Positions 1 through 12,786 of a DNA stretch of 64,000 bases are shown piece after piece. The notes beneath the pieces were generated by a model, which made no database searches, was not told where the DNA came from, and saw only the letters and a list, made by a program, of their open reading frames with translations. This DNA comes from Batkoa obscura (lineage: Eukaryota): positions 496,001 to 560,000 of the forward strand of contig JASVEC010000017.1 of the NCBI GenBank assembly GCA_030770535.1, in the 5' to 3' direction. A program made the translations under genes and the position numbers. Positions within the stretch are counted from its first letter, which is position 1. The number at the start of each line of letters is the position of its first letter.

Positions 1-1304
1 GGATGGATAGCATAGCATATCAGAGAATCTACCCAGAGTCTTAAAACACTTTGTAAATTTGTAAAAAGCTAATAATTTTATAGTTCCCCAGCTTATAATG
101 ATAGTCCATTCACTTATATTATGTAATATATTAATCTAAATTAGCTAAAAACTTTGTTTTTATAAAGGCCTATCTCCAAAGGAGGAAAATAGTCTTGCTG
201 AAGGTTTTTTTGGTCCGATCATTCCTTCAACTGCTGATAACTTAATGTTTTCTAACTGTTGTTTGCTATTTTTAAACGGTATGTATCCAATACTTTGAAC
301 TAATAAACGCTCTTTAGGTAAGTATTTTCCAAGTATTTTCCAAGTATTTTCCGAGTATTTTCTTGAAGTAGGAAATTTGAAATTTAATCTCTCCTCTTAA
401 AAATACGAATTCAATTAACACTTAAATATCACAATTTAATACTTAACATTCTTTAAAATGGTTGAACCTAACTAAAATATTACAGAGCGCATAGCTTTTT
501 TTAAACCATATTCCTAACAGTATGGAAAAGGAATTGAAAATGGTTCCTCTAGGACTCGCTTGATCCATACTAAATCCCTTATCTATTAGGCCGCGATCCT
601 TCTTTATGCTAGTATGTTGAGTAAGGTTTCTTTAAATCGTAAAATTATGAATAGTATATTGTAGCTATGTGACTTTGTATACCCAATAGTAAATCTCAAA
701 GTAATAGCCTTTAAGCCAATATAGATTAGTAATTGCCTCTTTAAGTATTTTTTACCATATAAAGATTATAGTTATTCATTAACTTTGAAACTCATTTTAT
801 GTACTTTATTAATTGAAACAAGATGTGGTTTATTCATTCGGCCATCATTACTTTCGTTTTTGGAACTTTATATTAATGCTCTAAAAGGATCCTCAATCCA
901 TTAAGATAATCATGGTTTTTACCATTACTGAATTTTTTCCCGATTGATATATTGTGTGCCTTCAAGTCAATAAGTATAGGTTAACTATTATGTATTTAGA
1001 TTTTATAGTTGATACATTAGAATATTAAAGCTGTGCATTTTCTAATATAAAAATATTCATAGATGGTAGATAATCGGAGGTCTATGCTGTTGCTCAAGTT
1101 AATGCTAGTTTAAAAATAGGTTGGCATATTTTTTAATTAAATTTGATACAATAAGGCTTTATTATGATTCAGATTTTATTTTTGTAGTATTATCAGTAAA
1201 CAGATTGTACTTAAAAAGTATAAGAAACATGTAATCCATTATAAAGAGTAGACTTTTTATACTAAAGCAAACGAAAGAAAGGGTAATATCAAACAGACTA
1301 ATGT

Positions 1305-2429
1305 TTAAAACCCTTTCGAATACAAAAAATTAGAAATCCTCAAATAAAACTCAATAGTATCTAAGTTTGGACTAGGGTTTAAAAACAAAGACTTAGGCAA
1401 AGGAAGTTTTGGATTATGATGATATCTCGGATCCTGGAAGCCCAAAAGTGATAAAAAAGCATAAATCCAACGATATCTTGATACCAAGTCAAAGTGGCTA
1501 GCTTCCACTGTTTCTACATGCTCACCCCATACTGAAGAGTTGAGTGCCACTATACCATCATTCTTTCCAGCTCTTTCTTTGATAATACTCCATGGTAAAT
1601 ACAGTAAAGCGAGTTTATTCATTTTTTCAATATAAGCGTTGTATGAAAAGTATTTCACATCATCACAGTTCGGGGTATTAGGATTAAAAACGTTTTTACA
1701 GTAATCAGTAGTTAAATGATAGTAAGCGGGGGCATCCAGGTTAACTAGTAGTTTACTAAGTAAAGGTCGGTTTGTATTTATGTCCGTATAAATTGGATTT
1801 TCATTCTCTTTCTTCTTTCTCCCTAAATTTAAGTTTTCTTGACACCAATCCATAAATTGAGATCCATAATGTGGGGTAGATATTGTGCTCAAACTCAATA
1901 CCTTATATTTTTTGTCCTTTACTTTACTTATCAAATATCTACCATCTAAGCCACCCATACTGTGCCCAATAATATTAACTTCCCTATCCGACACTACTCT
2001 TTCTAAAAATAAATTCAATTGATTCGTTCTCTCCTCAATACTCCCCGTTCTAAACTTGATTAATAAATAAAATTATCTATAATAGTGATATTAAACCAAA
2101 TTGTTAATTACCTTGGTACCTTTGCAATAATAACTTCATTCCCTAACTGTTTTAACGACTCTGCGATCCCTTGCCAATAGTTAATTTGCAAATAAGGAAA
2201 ATTTTCAAATGCTATTTTATCATAACCATATAAGCCTAAAATCTGGGTTAATAACTTAATATATTTTTTATACCTACTTACCATGACATAGAACTATCGG
2301 ATTCCTACTTGCTTTATAAAATGGGGATAAAGTAAAATATGCTTTGTCAATGGTAGACAATGTTGAGCTGCTTCGTATTTTATTTAAATGGTAAATGTCA
2401 GGTTTAACCCTTTTATATTTCAATTTCAT
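1305..2429 (-). CDS. Triacylglycerol lipase, alpha/beta hydrolase (Tgl2-like); 3 exons (2429-2282, 2235-2112, 2049-1305)
   Basis: Spliced translation gives NPIVLCHGLYGYD, GHSMGGLD (GxSxG), STPHYGS, NDGIV and SHFDL; two GT-AG introns keep the frame. Confidence 0.85.
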
Positions 2430-3417
2430 TTTTCTAACTAGTAAGTAGTTATGTTATTAAAAATGACTATTGCTATTGATAGTTTTATTAAATAGTAAGT
2501 AATTAAAAAAATAATATGTGAATTTTTTGGATCATTAAATTAAAATTTTCTTCATTTAACAATTTGATTTGTCCTTTATTTTTTGTTTCCAATCATTCTT
2601 AGTTTTTCAACCTGTTAAGAATTTTTATCCCTATTGGCCAACTCAGATTTTCGGCTAAAAAGTGGAGAATCAGTTTCGAAAAAATTTAATCTCAGATTTA
2701 GTCATCTATTAAGATTTTGATGAAATAAACCTTTGAGCAGGGTCTTTCTTCTTTTGAAATTTTTGATGACGAATAAATTTTTATAACAAAAAGTTGCTAA
2801 CAAATAAATAAGAAGGCCTTAAATGAACCTGGTTTAAGGTTAGACTATTCAGCCCTAATACTGATTCTGGTAATAATACTGAATTTTAGTCCTTAATAAT
2901 ATTTAGTATAGTATTTTAGTTCAAAATCTGGATAAATCACTTGTCTGTTAAAAGTAGATAAAGAGGCTTTTAATTTGATCATTGTTTTTTGATTGGAATT
3001 TTTTTGTCTAAAAGCTGTTACAAAAAAAAGACCCTCCCCTATAGTGCATTCGCATCGGAAATTTATTAGCTATTTTTACTAGGAATTTTCAGTATTTCTT
3101 AGTTTTGGTTTAATATAAAGGAGTGTAAGATGAATAATAATATAGTAGATGCAATAAATGAGTAAAAAGATAGATTAATTATTAATTTATTTCTTGTATT
3201 TTAAAATGTGAGTACTAATCAAGTAGATAGATCCAGCTAAATAACATAATCAGTACGAAGAATAACTCTTATTCCTAAGGATTTAACAGTTGACTATTAA
3301 TTTCTTATTTTAATTCTGATTCTTACAATAAGAGCAAAGAATCTTCAGGAGCACTTAAAAATAGCGAAATTATAAGCAAGTAGAAAGAATCTAACCAGAA
3401 AGCAACCGTATTATTAA

Positions 3418-3921
3418 TTAAGTCCTTACTTGTGCTTTTTCCAACTTAGGGATCTCATCCCCTTGATAATAGCCAAAAATTGTAGAATATCTTTCCTTTG
3501 TTTCATATAAATTAATAAAACTATTCACACTTGTTTTATTTTCCTGAATCAACGGTATATCATCATTCTGAGAATCTGCTCCGTTTTTTATTCTTGATTG
3601 CCTTCTGTATATGGTAAATATGATCATAAACCCAAGCACTACTAATACTATTAATCCAAGGGTAATCCCTGTAATTAATGGTACGTTGATTGTTGATGGA
3701 GTGGTATCCGTAGTATTACTTAATGTTATCTTTTTGTTGAGTGAAATTTCTGATTCTTGATTTCTTTTACCTAGCCTTTGGATATAGTACACTGGATTAA
3801 GATTTATTTTTTGGTTGTTTAGTAAGGGAGTATTTACATTGGCGTTGGTAAGTGAAAATGAGGTAGCTTGTTTTATTAGGGATATGATTAAAAATAAATT
3901 AATTAAGCTGTAGTAGCTCAT
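3418..3921 (-). CDS. Small single-pass membrane protein: signal peptide, possible Kex2 site, Thr-rich stalk, TM helix
   Basis: Hydrophobic N-terminus, LGKR, TTDTTPST, TM LITGITLGLIVLVVLGFMIIFTIY followed by RR. Confidence 0.7.
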   Translation of the reverse strand: MSYYSLINLFLIISLIKQATSFSLTNANVNTPLLNNQKINLNPVYYIQRLGKRNQESEISLNKKITLSNTTDTTPSTINVPLITGITLGLIVLVVLGFMIIFTIYRRQSRIKNGADSQNDDIPLIQENKTSVNSFINLYETKERYSTIFGYYQGDEIPKLEKAQVRT

Positions 3922-4647
3922 GATATTTGTTGAATATTTTTAAATAAAATTTATGAAAATTTAAAACTAGAGTTGTATATTTTATATATTTTATATATTT
4001 TATATATTTTGATCCTATTAATAATTTTTTATTCAACAATTTGTTACATAAAAATATTATTTCACTTACTATATTTAGTAAGCAATTAAACAATTCATTT
4101 ATTTTTGACTATTCAATAATCAAATTTATCATTTTTAATTATTATATAATTAATTGATTATTACTATTTATACAAAATGAAATTGTCATGAGATTTGAGA
4201 GAATTGCTAAATTCGAATTGTACAATTAGTTTATTAAAAACAATTAATTATAGATATCAAAATGATATAATTGATTGATTTTCAAAAATAGATAATATAA
4301 AATAAGAAATATATCCATTGAGGATGCTCACCTTTTAATAAAATAAATTAATATATTCTTGCCTTTTTGAAATGATTAAATACAATATTCATGGGAAAAA
4401 GTACTAAAACAATATGTGAACCACAAAATGTTATAATTAATAATTATAATAAATTTAGTTTATATAGTTTTTCCTTTTTTCATACTAAAACTCTAGTTTT
4501 TGATTTCTATTGAATTGTTAATTTATTAACAAATATTCTTATTTCATATCAATAAATAACTTAAATATTAACACATTAAATTATTATAATTAAAATTAAC
4601 TAATTCATTAACTCAATTAGCACTCTAGTATTTACTAAAATTATATA

Positions 4648-4747
4648 TGGGGATGTATTTTTTTGTTTAAGAATTTTGCTAACAATTTTTCCGCTCAAAT
4701 AGCGCTTAAAAAATGGAAAAAATAATGAAACCAAAAAAACATCCTCA
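4648..4747 (+). mobile_element. MITE family 1 (~100 bp; TIR TGGGGATGT-T-tract-G; core CGCTCAAATAGCGCTT); reference orientation
   Basis: TIRs, TA flanks, 22 similar copies in window. Confidence 0.85.
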
Positions 4748-5172
4748 TATAGCCTTTTCTATCCATGAATCACACTCAATTATTCAGTGCACAATAGAAT
4801 TCAAATATAATTTCTGCTCAGATAGCTATTGTACAAATAGAATCTAAAATATGTATACATTAATATAAAGTTAATATAAGAAGCTAGAAAAATTTACTAT
4901 AATAGAATAAAAAACCTGTAAGAATCATTGGAAAAAAAGCCTTTTGATAATTCTTAGATAAACGGTATTTGTAAATCATATGGAATACTAAATTATTTAA
5001 CATCTAAATTTAATGGGAGGTTGTGAAAAGATTATAGAAGCAAATTACGTGAAAATAGATTTGCACATAAGTCTATTTCATTGAGTTAATTTGAATTTCA
5101 AGGTATATATCTGTTCATAAAGTGGCCTAATCTATTAAGTTTTTTGTTTTATTAGCTTTAAACGTTATTAAA

Positions 5173-5271
5173 TGGGTGTGTTTTTTTTTGTTTAGCAATT
5201 TTACTAACAATCTTCGCTCAAACAATGCTTAAAAAATGGAAAAAATGATGAAGACAAAAAAAGCATCCCCA
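5173..5271 (+). mobile_element. MITE family 1
   Basis: Matches consensus, diverged. Confidence 0.8.
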
Positions 5272-5442
5272 AATAATAAAATACCCAATCACAAATTATT
5301 TATGTTTGAAATATCTTAAAGTATATAAATATTAGCATAAAATATCTACTAAAATACAAAACAGTAAAATGAAAACACCAAGCTAAAACATAAAGTATAT
5401 AATTAAGCTATTTTATAAAGCATATGATATAATAGGTGAAGT

Positions 5443-6189
5443 TCAATGACTAACAGTAGGAAAATCTCTTGTGAATATATCCATGAATTTATCCAATGGT
5501 GCTTGAAGAGTGGCGACAATGCTTTTGTATGGGAATTTAACAGCTATTCCAGGATGAGGTCTAATCATAGTTAGTAACAAAAATAAAAATACTAGTATCA
5601 ATTACCTGGTTGGGACTTTCGATCGTTTATATATATAAGATTTGGTAATATTTTCATTTTCATGATTAGTTAACTTTTCAATTAACTTGGGTAAGACTTC
5701 TTTTTCTTCTTTTTCTGAATGGGCAATGAAACTCTAAAAACAGTTAAATAATCTTTGTGTTTGTATAACCTTTACCTCGACAATTGTTATAAGGATCTTA
5801 TAAAATCCTTCAGAACTAACTTCAGAGTAGTAATTTGGTAACTTGCAAAGCTCCTTTTCCAGATTGCGATGCTCATTTAAATTCTGAATGTATATATATT
5901 CCCCAAGTTTATCTTTTATTACTGGATATACTATTAATTCTTCAGCAATGTTATGAACCGAAACTAAAGGATCATATTAGTTATTGATGTTTTTGTCTAC
6001 ATAAAAATTACTTTGGCGTATTATTTCGTTGCTTAACTTTATTTTATGACATTCCAAAGATAACTTTAGAAACTCTTCAAATAAATATTTTATTGAATTG
6101 TGATCTTTCTTTATTGAAGTTATGAGATTTTCATCCAAAGTATGTGAAAATCTACTTAAATTTAATATTAAACTTTCTTGACTTGACAT
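5443..6189 (-). CDS. Hemerythrin/HHE cation-binding domain protein; 4 exons (6189-6012, 5963-5776, 5733-5606, 5560-5443)
   Basis: Spliced protein has DHNSIK, HNIAEELIVYP, EHRNLE, HSEKEE and VPTRPHP...APLDKFMD, typical of fungal HHE proteins. Confidence 0.8.
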
Positions 6190-7192
6190 TTTAAAGATAT
6201 TAAGCTTTGGATGCTACTTGCTTTATTATATATGATTTTAAGTTATTTGGTAATAATTTGCTAATCCTTTAATAAAAACTACAAAAAAAGGATCCTAGCT
6301 TATGCACTAAAAATATTCATATTTTATCAAAGTTTAAAACATTGAATTGTAACTATAATCCAAATATTTTTTAAGTAACCCATTAGTCGTCAAAACCTCA
6401 ATCCAAAAATGCATTCCAAATTGTTAACAATTTTTTTTGAAACGTATATATACATCTTGAGCAGTAGCTTGAGAAATTTTATACATCATAAGCAATATGT
6501 AGAAATATTAGTAATAAATCTGCAAAACTTATTTTTAGAAAAAAAAGTCAAATAAGGAAAAATTACCGTTTTAACTCTAACTAAATATAAATCAATGTTT
6601 TTTATTATTAAATTTTTAGAAATATGGGCAAGTTTAAAAGCTAAATTGAAATTGAAAATAAAATTTCCAATTCACTTTTTTTATACATTTCCTGTAGTGT
6701 AAATTTTAAAAAACTATTAAGCAAAACCGGATAAAAAAGACGTTTGAATGAGAGTTGTTCTAAAATCAAGCAAAAAAGTAAGTATTTTTATAACACTTGG
6801 TGCTTGATTTGCAAAAATTGCAAAAATGAGATTGGACAAAATTTAAACCAAGCTTTTAAACTAACTCATATATTTTATGAGACTCAATTGATTGTTGATA
6901 ACTAATAATTTGTAGAATTAGTTTATAATTTTAAGGTAATCCATAAAAAATTGTATTGATCTTATTAATTTAATTAAATTTGGAGAAAACACTTCACATT
7001 TGAACTTAAACAGCTGTATTATAATGCTCTAATAGCTAACTATAACCAAAGCGTCCCTTATTTTTTCCCTTTAGTTTAAGTTGCATGGTATACAGTTTAG
7101 ATAAAAAATATTACAGTTAAATGCTAATGTACCAGATGAATAACTCAATTATAAAACTTTGATTAACTTTTACAACAAACACTATATAACAT

Positions 7193-7293
7193 TGGGGATG
7201 TTTTTTTTTGGCTTCATCACTTTTCATTTTTTAAGCGCTATTTGAGCGGAAAGATTGTTAGTAACATTCTTAAACAAAAAAAACACATCCCCA
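7193..7293 (-). mobile_element. MITE family 1
   Basis: Matches consensus. Confidence 0.85.
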
Positions 7294-7481
7294 TTCAATA
7301 CAAATATTCTAAATATTCTAGCAAATGAGTAGCTTGTATTCTAAAGTTCAAACGTTTAAACTAACTTTTAGATTTGTTATCACAGATATTTAAAACCATC
7401 ATTCTTTTTATTTAAATTAATTTCAAAAAGCAGCATTCATTCATAGTTACTTTGAAGACGATTGAATCTAAATCTGTTAAT

Positions 7482-9506
7482 TTAATGACCTTTGTACATA
7501 GGATTGTATGCTGGATTATAGCCTGAGCCATAAGAAGGCTTATAGCCAGACCCATAGCCAGGTTTAGGTGTGTTATATCCTGGCTTGTATCCCGAACCAT
7601 AACCTGAACCATAACCTGAACCATAGTGGGAATAACTATCATAGTTCTTTTTTGGGCACTTTCTGCGTCTATATGGGAAACAAACAGTGAGATCTACTTC
7701 ACCTTTATCACAAGTGTATCCTTTCTTCCAATTACATGTCCATCCAAGTCCTGTCTTTTTCCAACAAGCAGGTGCTTTAAGATCGGATGCATAAAAATAA
7801 GAATAACCGTTACGACAATAATCTTTTTCTTTTGGACAATCTGGAGTTGGGGGAACTGGAGGGAATGTACACATGGTTATATCAACTTCACCTCTTAAGG
7901 AATCACAGCTGGTATTCGAATTTCCTTGACAAGTCCACCCAAATTGAACGGATGGATTTCTAGTCCAACATTTTGGTGCATTTGGAGTATTTGCGTTCCA
8001 AACAATATCACCAGTCTTACACGTATCAGTAGATTTGGGACAATTGGGAGTTGGAACTGGAGGGAATGGACATGTAGATATATCAACTTCCCCTCTAAAA
8101 GAATCGCATCTAGTGTTCGAATTTCCTTGACAAGTCCACCCAAATTGAACGGATGGGTTTCTAGTCCAACATTTTGGTGCATTTGGACTATCTGCTTTCC
8201 AAAGGATATCTCCAGTTTTACAAGTATCGGTAGCTCTTGGACATTCTGGAGTTGGAGTTGGAGGAGTGATGCCACAGGTGCTTAAATCAACTTCACCTCT
8301 TAAAGCATCACATATGGTGTTGGAGTTTCCTTGACAAGTCCATCCAAGTTGAACGGATGGGTTTTTGGTCCAACATTTTGGTGCAAATGGATCAGATGCG
8401 CGATATGCGATGTCACCAACTAGACAAGAGTCAGTAGCTTTTGGACATTCTGGAGTTGGAACTGGTGGAGTGATATTACAAGTGGTTAAATCTACTTCAC
8501 CTCTTGAAGCATCACAAGTTGTAAATCTACTTCCATAGCATGACCATCCAAATTGAGATGCCGAAGATTTGCCCCAACATTTTGGTGCACTTGGATCATC
8601 TGCACGATATGCAATGTCACCAACTAGACAAGAGTCGGTAGCTTTTGGACATTCTGGAGTTGGTGGTGGAATGTTACATGTTTTAAGGTCGATCTCACCT
8701 TTAGATGCATCACACTTAGCATCACTATCTCCTTGACATCTCCACCCTGAAGAGGTTTTTGACCAACATTTTGGTGAGTATGGATCATTAGCTCTCCAGG
8801 ATCCAACGCCATTTCTACAAAAATCGGTAGCTTTTGGACATTCTGGGGTTGGAGTTGGAGGAGTGATACCGCAGGTTTTGATATCAGTCTCACCTTTTGA
8901 AGCATCGCATTTATCATCAGAATTTCCTCTACAGGTCCATCCTAATTCAACAGATGGATTCTTAGTCCAACATTTTGGTGCATTTGGACTATTTGCGTTC
9001 CAAACAATATCACCAGTTTTACACTTATTAGTAGCCTTTGGACATTCTGGGGTTGGAACTGGTGGATTAATGTTACAATTAGTCAAATCAGTTTCACCTT
9101 TTGAAGCGTCACATTCATCATCTGAGTCTCCTCTACAAGTCCATCCAAATTGAACGGATGGATTCTTAGTCCAGCATTTTGGTGCATTTGAACTATCTGC
9201 CTTCCAAAGGATATCTCCAGCTTTACAAGTGTCAGTTCCTTTCGGGCATTCCGGAGTTGGAGGTGGTGGTGGAACATTACATTCAGTAATATCAATTTGG
9301 CCATAAGCTTTATCACATTTACCATCCACTTTATAAGTACATTGCCAACGATCATATGAAAATGACCAGCATTCGGGAGCGTTGGGATCGGAAGGTAAAA
9401 ATCTTTTACCTCTATATCGACATTTATCCGTTGGATTTGGACAGTCTAAACCAAATGTTGTATTCGCTATCAATAGCGGTATTGTTATATAAAACAATTT
9501 ATTCAT
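7482..9506 (-). CDS. Secreted cysteine-rich repeat protein: 9 repeats of ~65 aa with 6 Cys each, Pro/Thr linkers, Gly/Tyr-rich tail
   Basis: 674-aa ORF with signal peptide; repeat C-P-x4-D-x-C...APKCW...GWTC...CD...GEVDL-x2-C; tail GYGSGYG. Confidence 0.85.
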   Translation of the reverse strand: MNKLFYITIPLLIANTTFGLDCPNPTDKCRYRGKRFLPSDPNAPECWSFSYDRWQCTYKVDGKCDKAYGQIDITECNVPPPPPTPECPKGTDTCKAGDILWKADSSNAPKCWTKNPSVQFGWTCRGDSDDECDASKGETDLTNCNINPPVPTPECPKATNKCKTGDIVWNANSPNAPKCWTKNPSVELGWTCRGNSDDKCDASKGETDIKTCGITPPTPTPECPKATDFCRNGVGSWRANDPYSPKCWSKTSSGWRCQGDSDAKCDASKGEIDLKTCNIPPPTPECPKATDSCLVGDIAYRADDPSAPKCWGKSSASQFGWSCYGSRFTTCDASRGEVDLTTCNITPPVPTPECPKATDSCLVGDIAYRASDPFAPKCWTKNPSVQLGWTCQGNSNTICDALRGEVDLSTCGITPPTPTPECPRATDTCKTGDILWKADSPNAPKCWTRNPSVQFGWTCQGNSNTRCDSFRGEVDISTCPFPPVPTPNCPKSTDTCKTGDIVWNANTPNAPKCWTRNPSVQFGWTCQGNSNTSCDSLRGEVDITMCTFPPVPPTPDCPKEKDYCRNGYSYFYASDLKAPACWKKTGLGWTCNWKKGYTCDKGEVDLTVCFPYRRRKCPKKNYDSYSHYGSGYGSGYGSGYKPGYNTPKPGYGSGYKPSYGSGYNPAYNPMYKGH

Positions 9507-10884
9507 TTTAATAGACGTTTATAGTTACTTTTAACTAGTCAAAGCTAAAAATAATATAGTTAAAACAAAGAAACTAAAAAATTTGTTCTTAAATAATTTA
9601 AAGTGGTATTAAGGCAGAACATAAGATACACTTTATGGATTATCAAAATTAATTCAATTATTTTCAAGTTTATATTGCTTTTCTACTTTTATAATTCATG
9701 TCTATCATTTTTTTCATTTTGACTGCTTTTAGTTTTGTTTTATTTGTTGAATTAAAATGTTGCTCAGTTTATCGCTAACAAATTTTTGATTTGGATGTTC
9801 TTAAAGTGGCAAATTTGACTTAAATAGTTGGATTTTTTTGACATTTTACAATCGAATCAACTTTAATAGTTATATAATATTAAAAATAAAAGAGTATATA
9901 AGGAGCTATTACTTCAACCTTTATTTTTAAAATGAATCTATTTTCTTTATGTTTATACTTAACTTAGCTTCTGCAATAAAGTAAAATAAAAACAAAAATT
10001 GAACTTTATATTTGTGCCAACCATTATTCACTTAAATTTTGACAAATAATCAAAGTAATTATTTTATAAAAAAAATTATTACTCATTTATACATTTCATT
10101 TAAAATGTCCTTTTGATTTGATCAAATACTGATTACCTTGGTACAATATATAGTTTATTGCTTAGATACAAAAAAATAAAGGATTAAATGCAAGTTAATT
10201 CATTTAAAATATCATTTTATAAAGCATAAACAATAGTACTAAAATTCCATTAAAGTAAAGGAACTACTGAGAAACCATTTGAATATCAAAAAGAAGTTAT
10301 TATGTGTTTTTATCTAAATGCAAAATTGGTAGTTATCCACAGCCTCATGTATTGATACCTGCCAAATTGTCATAATATTAGTGAGTTTAGATTTATCAAC
10401 TAAATATGCTAATACCTAAGTATTAGAATTATTTAGTCCTTATAACAATCAAAGGAAATAAAAAGTCTACGCTTGTTATACAAATATTACAGATGTTAAT
10501 ATTGTCTAAACCATCATGTGTTAAAATATTTAAAATTATATTAATATAGTCGTTTGAAGCTTAATAAGTTGAACATTGTTGAGGTAAAGTTAATAAAACT
10601 AGAGAAATTACATTATCATCTTATAATGTTATATTTACATGTATTTAATTGAATAATAATTTGATTTATATCTTAACCTTAAAGTTAATTATTGATCCCA
10701 ATATTCTAATAAAATTATTCTTATGTCACCTGAAATCTCGTAAAAATAACGAATAATACCTCTCAACGATTCTACTTAACCTAATCCAAATCTTGGCGAA
10801 AAAGTTACTATATAAATGTCAAGAATTTAATCAATTTTTTTAATCAAAACTATTTAAACAATTTACAACCAAGATAATTCAAAT

Positions 10885-11943
10885 ATGAGCTTGGAAGAGG
10901 TAGTTTGTTTTGACAGCTATTTAGGATTACCAACTTATGATGAAGCAATTGAGCAAGATCCAGAATTTAATGTAAGCAGTGGTATGTATATATTTATAAA
11001 CTAAAAAAGCAGAAAATAATAGATAATTTAGAACCTCAACCACTACCAGCAGACCTAGAAATTAGAATTTCCCAAAGTGGTGTAATTTCACATGACAAAA
11101 GACTAAACAAAGACCCTGTATTGTTAAAAAGTTTTATACATACTTATAATGCTAAGCCTGAGTTAAAGGTTCGTATAAAAGGTATTCATCATTACTTTGA
11201 TTAAATAATTATAGATAACAACGTCATATTTCAACTTAGGAGTACATAAAGAAACTTATAAAGCCACTGAAACTTATCATGAAAATAATATAAGAAAAGA
11301 ACGACAAGTAACGAAAACTCGAGATGTAGTAGATTTTAATAAAGAGTTTGATTTAACTTCATTTATATCACAAAAAGGCAAGATACATAATCCATATAAA
11401 TGCGAGGATTCAGAACAAGGATTGATGCAAGAGATCAAAAATTATATTAAGTCAGAGGCCACTTTAAAAGAGTTAAAACTAGTAAAGGAGGTAAAATGGG
11501 AGTATGACATATTGACTCAAAAAATTAAAAAAGCCTTAAGAATCGAAGGTTATTATCATATTATTAGTGTTAAATATACTTTGGATAGAAATGAGATAAT
11601 AGTTCGACAAGGAAATTGGATAAATATCTTAATCAACAACCCGTTGTTTACACTTCTTAGTGTTGTATCTCTTGCTTTCATGGCTCTTTTTCCCTTTTCT
11701 ATAGCTCGATGTGATGATTGGGCTTATATCTTTAACAATGAACCGTTGTATGGAGTCTTTAATGTTATATCTTGCTTATTTCTTGTTGCTTGGCCCTTAT
11801 CAGCCATCTTTAAAAAAAGCTACTGTAATAACTTAAAATCCTCATTCACTATGGATATATCAGCAAATACTTGGTTTTGGCAAAATCGTCATGAAATTGA
11901 GAGTATGATTTATGAGAACCATTGTCAATGTCTATTGTCCTAG
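10885..11943 (+). CDS. PY-motif membrane-associated protein family, copy A1; introns 10982-11031 and 11182-11239
   Basis: LPTYDE, DFNKEFDLT, LKELKLVKEVKWEY, WPLS, SFTMDISANTW shared with paralogs. Confidence 0.8.
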
Positions 11944-12155
11944 ATCAACTTTAACTCATTTACTTTGTCTTTTTGTTAAATAATCAGCTAATCTTTTTTT
12001 TCTTTTGTAATAAAAAAAGTCTAAAACTTATTTCATTTTGTTGTGTCTTATTGAGTAGGCAAATCTTGTTTACTTTGAACTTAATAGTTATATTTAAAGA
12101 TAAATTAATATTTTAAAAATCTATCACTTTTTAAAGTAACAAGCTTCGCCTAAAG

Positions 12156-12317
12156 CAGCTGCAGCACTCTATTGCGACCTAATTTGCGGTAATTTTTAGA
12201 GCCAGTTATCTGTTTTGTTGGTTTTTAAATCTTAAGAATAAGGTTTTAGAATATTTTTGCCAAAATTCTATTCTTAAATGAACAGTTGATTAGGCCACAA
12301 GAGAGTTGCAGCAGCTG
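12156..12317. mobile_element. MITE family 2 (~162 bp; ~29-bp TIR starting CAGCTG)
   Basis: CAGCTGCAGCACTCTATTGCGACCTAAT ... ATTAGGCCACAAGAGAGTTGCAGCAGCTG; second copy at 33862. Confidence 0.7.
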
Positions 12318-12337
12318 TATAACATTAAAATTATTTA

Positions 12338-12436
12338 TGGGGATGTATTTTTTTGTTTAAAATTTCACTAACAATTTTTCCGCTCAAATAGCGCTTAAAA
12401 AATGGAAAAAGTGATAAAACCAAAAAAATACCCTCA
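12338..12436 (+). mobile_element. MITE family 1
   Basis: Matches consensus, TA flanks. Confidence 0.85.
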
Positions 12437-12786
12437 TATCACTAAATATTCAGCTTATGAAAAACCTTTATAGCATTAAATATGTAGATTACAATTTATT
12501 ATTGTAATTGCCAATTTCAATCTACTATTGATGGTTTCTCGTTTGTCTTTTGTATCAAAATAACAATTTTAAATTTACACTTACCCCTACATTGCTTTAA
12601 TTCAGACAGCCCCATTTTTTAGAATACAGAAACTTGATCAAAAAGGCACTCTCTTAAATTTTTAGCATTAGATCATTCAAAAGTTGATTTGTACTAAAAT
12701 GATTAAAATAGTTTAGACATCAATAAATCTTGCACTACTACACAAACAAATCTAAGTTTTGGAAAAAAATGTTAGATTTTGTATCA

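Noticed and set aside
1..1100. Coding-like fragments on the minus strand and an (AAGTATTTTCC)x3 repeat at ~320-360
   Set aside because: No sustained ORF or recognisable motif; possibly a decayed gene cut by the window edge
7412..9355. Several overlapping alternative-frame ORFs
   Set aside because: Shadows of the repetitive Cys-rich gene
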